DNA of 64,000 nucleotides from Planctomycetota bacterium. Lineage in GTDB: Bacteria; Planctomycetota; GCA-002687715. Where the stretch lies: the NCBI GenBank assembly GCA_002683135.1, contig NYSS01000182.1:14005-78004 (forward strand), given 5' to 3'. The translations under genes were made by a program, and so were the position numbers. Shown here in pieces: positions 62,245 through 64,000 of the stretch. The notes under the pieces are model-generated. The model was not told where the DNA came from and did not search any database. It saw nothing but the letters and a program-made list of their open reading frames with translations. Position 1 is the first letter of the stretch. Every line of letters begins with the position of its first letter.

Positions 62245-62281
62245 GACGCGCCTCGGTCTTTCAGGGGCAGGATAAACCAAC
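62245..62281 (+). promoter_or_regulatory. PK leader only (intercistronic)
   Basis: GAC 62245-62247; S2 GCCTC 62250-62254/GGGGC 62264-62268. 13 nt to the ATG. Confidence 0.7.
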
Positions 62282-62467
62282 ATGTGCAATAAAATCTTTG
62301 AAACCACTCACCCCAAAAATAGTCACAACGTTATTGTTGAATACGATGCAAACCTACGCCTTGTCAATGCTACCTATGAGGACGGCGAAGACGTTGATAT
62401 TACTGATGTGGTAAAAGCCCACCTGCAAGATGACATTAATCATTTCGCTTCATTCCAATTATCTTAA
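62282..62467 (+). CDS. small hypothetical protein (61 aa)
   Basis: Track ORF after a PK leader. Confidence 0.65.
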   Translation: MCNKIFETTHPKNSHNVIVEYDANLRLVNATYEDGEDVDITDVVKAHLQDDINHFASFQLS

Positions 62468-62481
62468 AAGAGGACACGCAT

Positions 62482-62976
62482 ATGAAAACCGTTGAAACTG
62501 GTTGCTTTGGTATCACTATTACTACCGCTGAAAACAATACAGCAGCTGCATCTATCCAGTCTGAAATGCATGATGAAGCCCTATCGAGTGAACATCCATT
62601 TAATGTCTCAGTAGATGCCCTTGAATCACTTATTCTTGCTCAGTTTTGCGCTGGCATTGATATCACTACACCTGCTTACCTTCAAAGCATTGAAACGGCA
62701 TATGAGGCTATTAGTACACAACATAGTCATTGCGCCGACAACGACGAGGGCATGATCTACATTCAGAAAATAAGAAATATCCAAGCACAAGTAACGGAAA
62801 GCATAACCTATAAAGCGCGAAGTGAAGACTGGGCAGAGGCAATGGAAAGTTCAGGCGATGAAGAAGAGCAAGCCTTACTCACATTACAAAACCGTCTAGC
62901 TGTAGAGCGGTTGGAGTACGATGCAGAAGTCGATGAATTTTTAGAAGAATTTGATTGCGAAGTTACCGTCATCTAG
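62482..62976 (+). CDS. acidic hypothetical protein (164 aa)
   Basis: Track ORF with GAGGA RBS. Confidence 0.6.
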   Translation: MKTVETGCFGITITTAENNTAAASIQSEMHDEALSSEHPFNVSVDALESLILAQFCAGIDITTPAYLQSIETAYEAISTQHSHCADNDEGMIYIQKIRNIQAQVTESITYKARSEDWAEAMESSGDEEEQALLTLQNRLAVERLEYDAEVDEFLEEFDCEVTVI

Positions 62977-62989
62977 TTCACCCATTATT

Positions 62990-63018
62990 AAGCCTTTATT
63001 TTTATAAAGGCTTTTTTA
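62990..63018 (+). terminator. rho-independent terminator
   Basis: AAGCCTTTAT-tttt-ATAAAGGCTT followed by a T-run. Confidence 0.75.
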
Positions 63019-63051
63019 TTGCCCACATTTGACTACTTAAAAGAGATATCA

Positions 63052-63948
63052 ATGAAAATTACCGTACCGTTTATATATGAAGCCTTAATTGTGAAACCAC
63101 GATGTCGTAAACCATCTCTCGCGATCATTAGAGATACCTTTGAGGTAGAGATAAGAGAAGTGAATGAAGTCACGCTTCCTGTCGCATTTAAAGTGGGAGA
63201 ATCATCTATCCGCTGGGATGGCAATAATTTGTGGAACTATTACTACGACATAACAGGCAAGACCCCCGCGTTAGTCACAGCTGACACCGTTAAAAATAAT
63301 ACCGAATCTGGCGAAAACAAATATTCTCATCGTTCAGCGACATCGCCTTTTAGTAATTTTTGGTTACACGGGAATATATCAGACACAATGAGTGCTAGGC
63401 ATAACGTTAGGCTTCATGGGTTTCATCATTATATTGATGACAACTGCGTTATCGAAATTAACGACCTCAAGTACCGCGAATGGATAGACGATAATAAACA
63501 AGTGGTTATCGATAAAGCCAATGAAATTGCCAAGGGCTTACTTATTCTAAATAACATGTTATTCACGCAGGTGGGTGAGCCACGGTATGTTATCGTTACT
63601 TTCGGCTTAGGTAATAATCATGGCGGCACAGGCATGTTTATTCAATCGCACTACAATACCAATATTGCTAACGATAACTACTTTAATGCCCTTCAGTATG
63701 ATGCAGCTATCCAATACGCTGATAAAATAGCAACAAATCGAGGCGATAACAAAAGTGTGCCCGTAAGACCAAATTGTGGGAACCGTATCAAGGTTTTAAT
63801 TCCTGAAGCGGTAAAATGCTCGCCAAATACAGAGCATGGCGCCGGGTGTGATTTTATGAATAAGATTGAAGACGGTATTGTTAAGGCAGGCCCATTGGGT
63901 GGACTCTTAACAGGGCTTTCAGAGATAGCGAAGCATGAAACGCAATAA
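63052..63948 (+). CDS. hypothetical protein (298 aa)
   Basis: ATG 63052 is preferred over the track TTG at 63019. Confidence 0.55.
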   Translation: MKITVPFIYEALIVKPRCRKPSLAIIRDTFEVEIREVNEVTLPVAFKVGESSIRWDGNNLWNYYYDITGKTPALVTADTVKNNTESGENKYSHRSATSPFSNFWLHGNISDTMSARHNVRLHGFHHYIDDNCVIEINDLKYREWIDDNKQVVIDKANEIAKGLLILNNMLFTQVGEPRYVIVTFGLGNNHGGTGMFIQSHYNTNIANDNYFNALQYDAAIQYADKIATNRGDNKSVPVRPNCGNRIKVLIPEAVKCSPNTEHGAGCDFMNKIEDGIVKAGPLGGLLTGLSEIAKHETQ

Positions 63949-64000
63949 AGGCTATCTGCCTGAAAAAATCCATATCCACATCACTGTTTAGCCATACAGC

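Noticed and set aside
6887-62281. The repeated element between ORFs could be integron attC sites, making this a gene-cassette array.
   Set aside because: There are no R''/R' core sites (RYYYAAC / GTTRRRY), no 60-120-nt imperfect palindrome, and no intI in the window. The element is locked 10-13 nt upstream of start codons in the sense orientation on both strands, and it is often fused to a complete promoter.
1-64000. Search for tRNA, rRNA, tmRNA, transposase, integrase, relaxase, T4SS or replication initiator genes to define the element.
   Set aside because: I recognised none by eye in this window, so the element type and borders remain inference. A proper tRNAscan/Infernal/HMM scan is needed.

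Overview
AT-rich 64-kb accessory region that looks like part of a plasmid, ICE or genomic island of a marine-type gammaproteobacterium (inference; no rRNA, tRNA, transposase or integrase seen, so the borders are undefined). It holds about 110 ORFs. Most are small, many are visibly D/E-rich, and most have no recognisable family. Recognisable content: (1) a type IV-A CRISPR-Cas locus (cas6/csf5-csf1-csf2-csf3 plus a divergent dinG/csf4) with an 8-repeat, I-F-like array and no cas1/cas2; (2) three orphan DNA methyltransferase genes, one of them fragmented; (3) a RES-Xre toxin-antitoxin pair, an AbiEii-like nucleotidyltransferase and an AbiEi-like wHTH protein; (4) a membrane-anchored Mrr-type nuclease, a dimeric dUTPase, GNAT proteins, a GHKL ATPase, a secreted DUF1524/Excalibur nuclease, an HExxH protein, a PstS-like/porin pair and a dnaB remnant. 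The dominant signal is regulatory. A portable expression module occurs 32 times. In 21 copies it starts with a near-consensus sigma70 promoter carrying the palindrome GTGCGCAC at a fixed position in the -35/-10 spacer (class A). Three leader-linked copies, plus one leaderless promoter, use a second dyad, ATAYCTAWTRGGTAT (class B). Eight copies are leader-only and sit between cistrons. All 32 share a ~30-nt 5' leader ending 10-13 nt before the start codon. Read as RNA, the leader folds into an H-type pseudoknot, and both helices covary among copies. I regard this island-wide transcription-plus-translation regulon as the most interesting candidate for an undescribed system. Several track ORF starts were moved to the ATG or GTG dictated by the leader.
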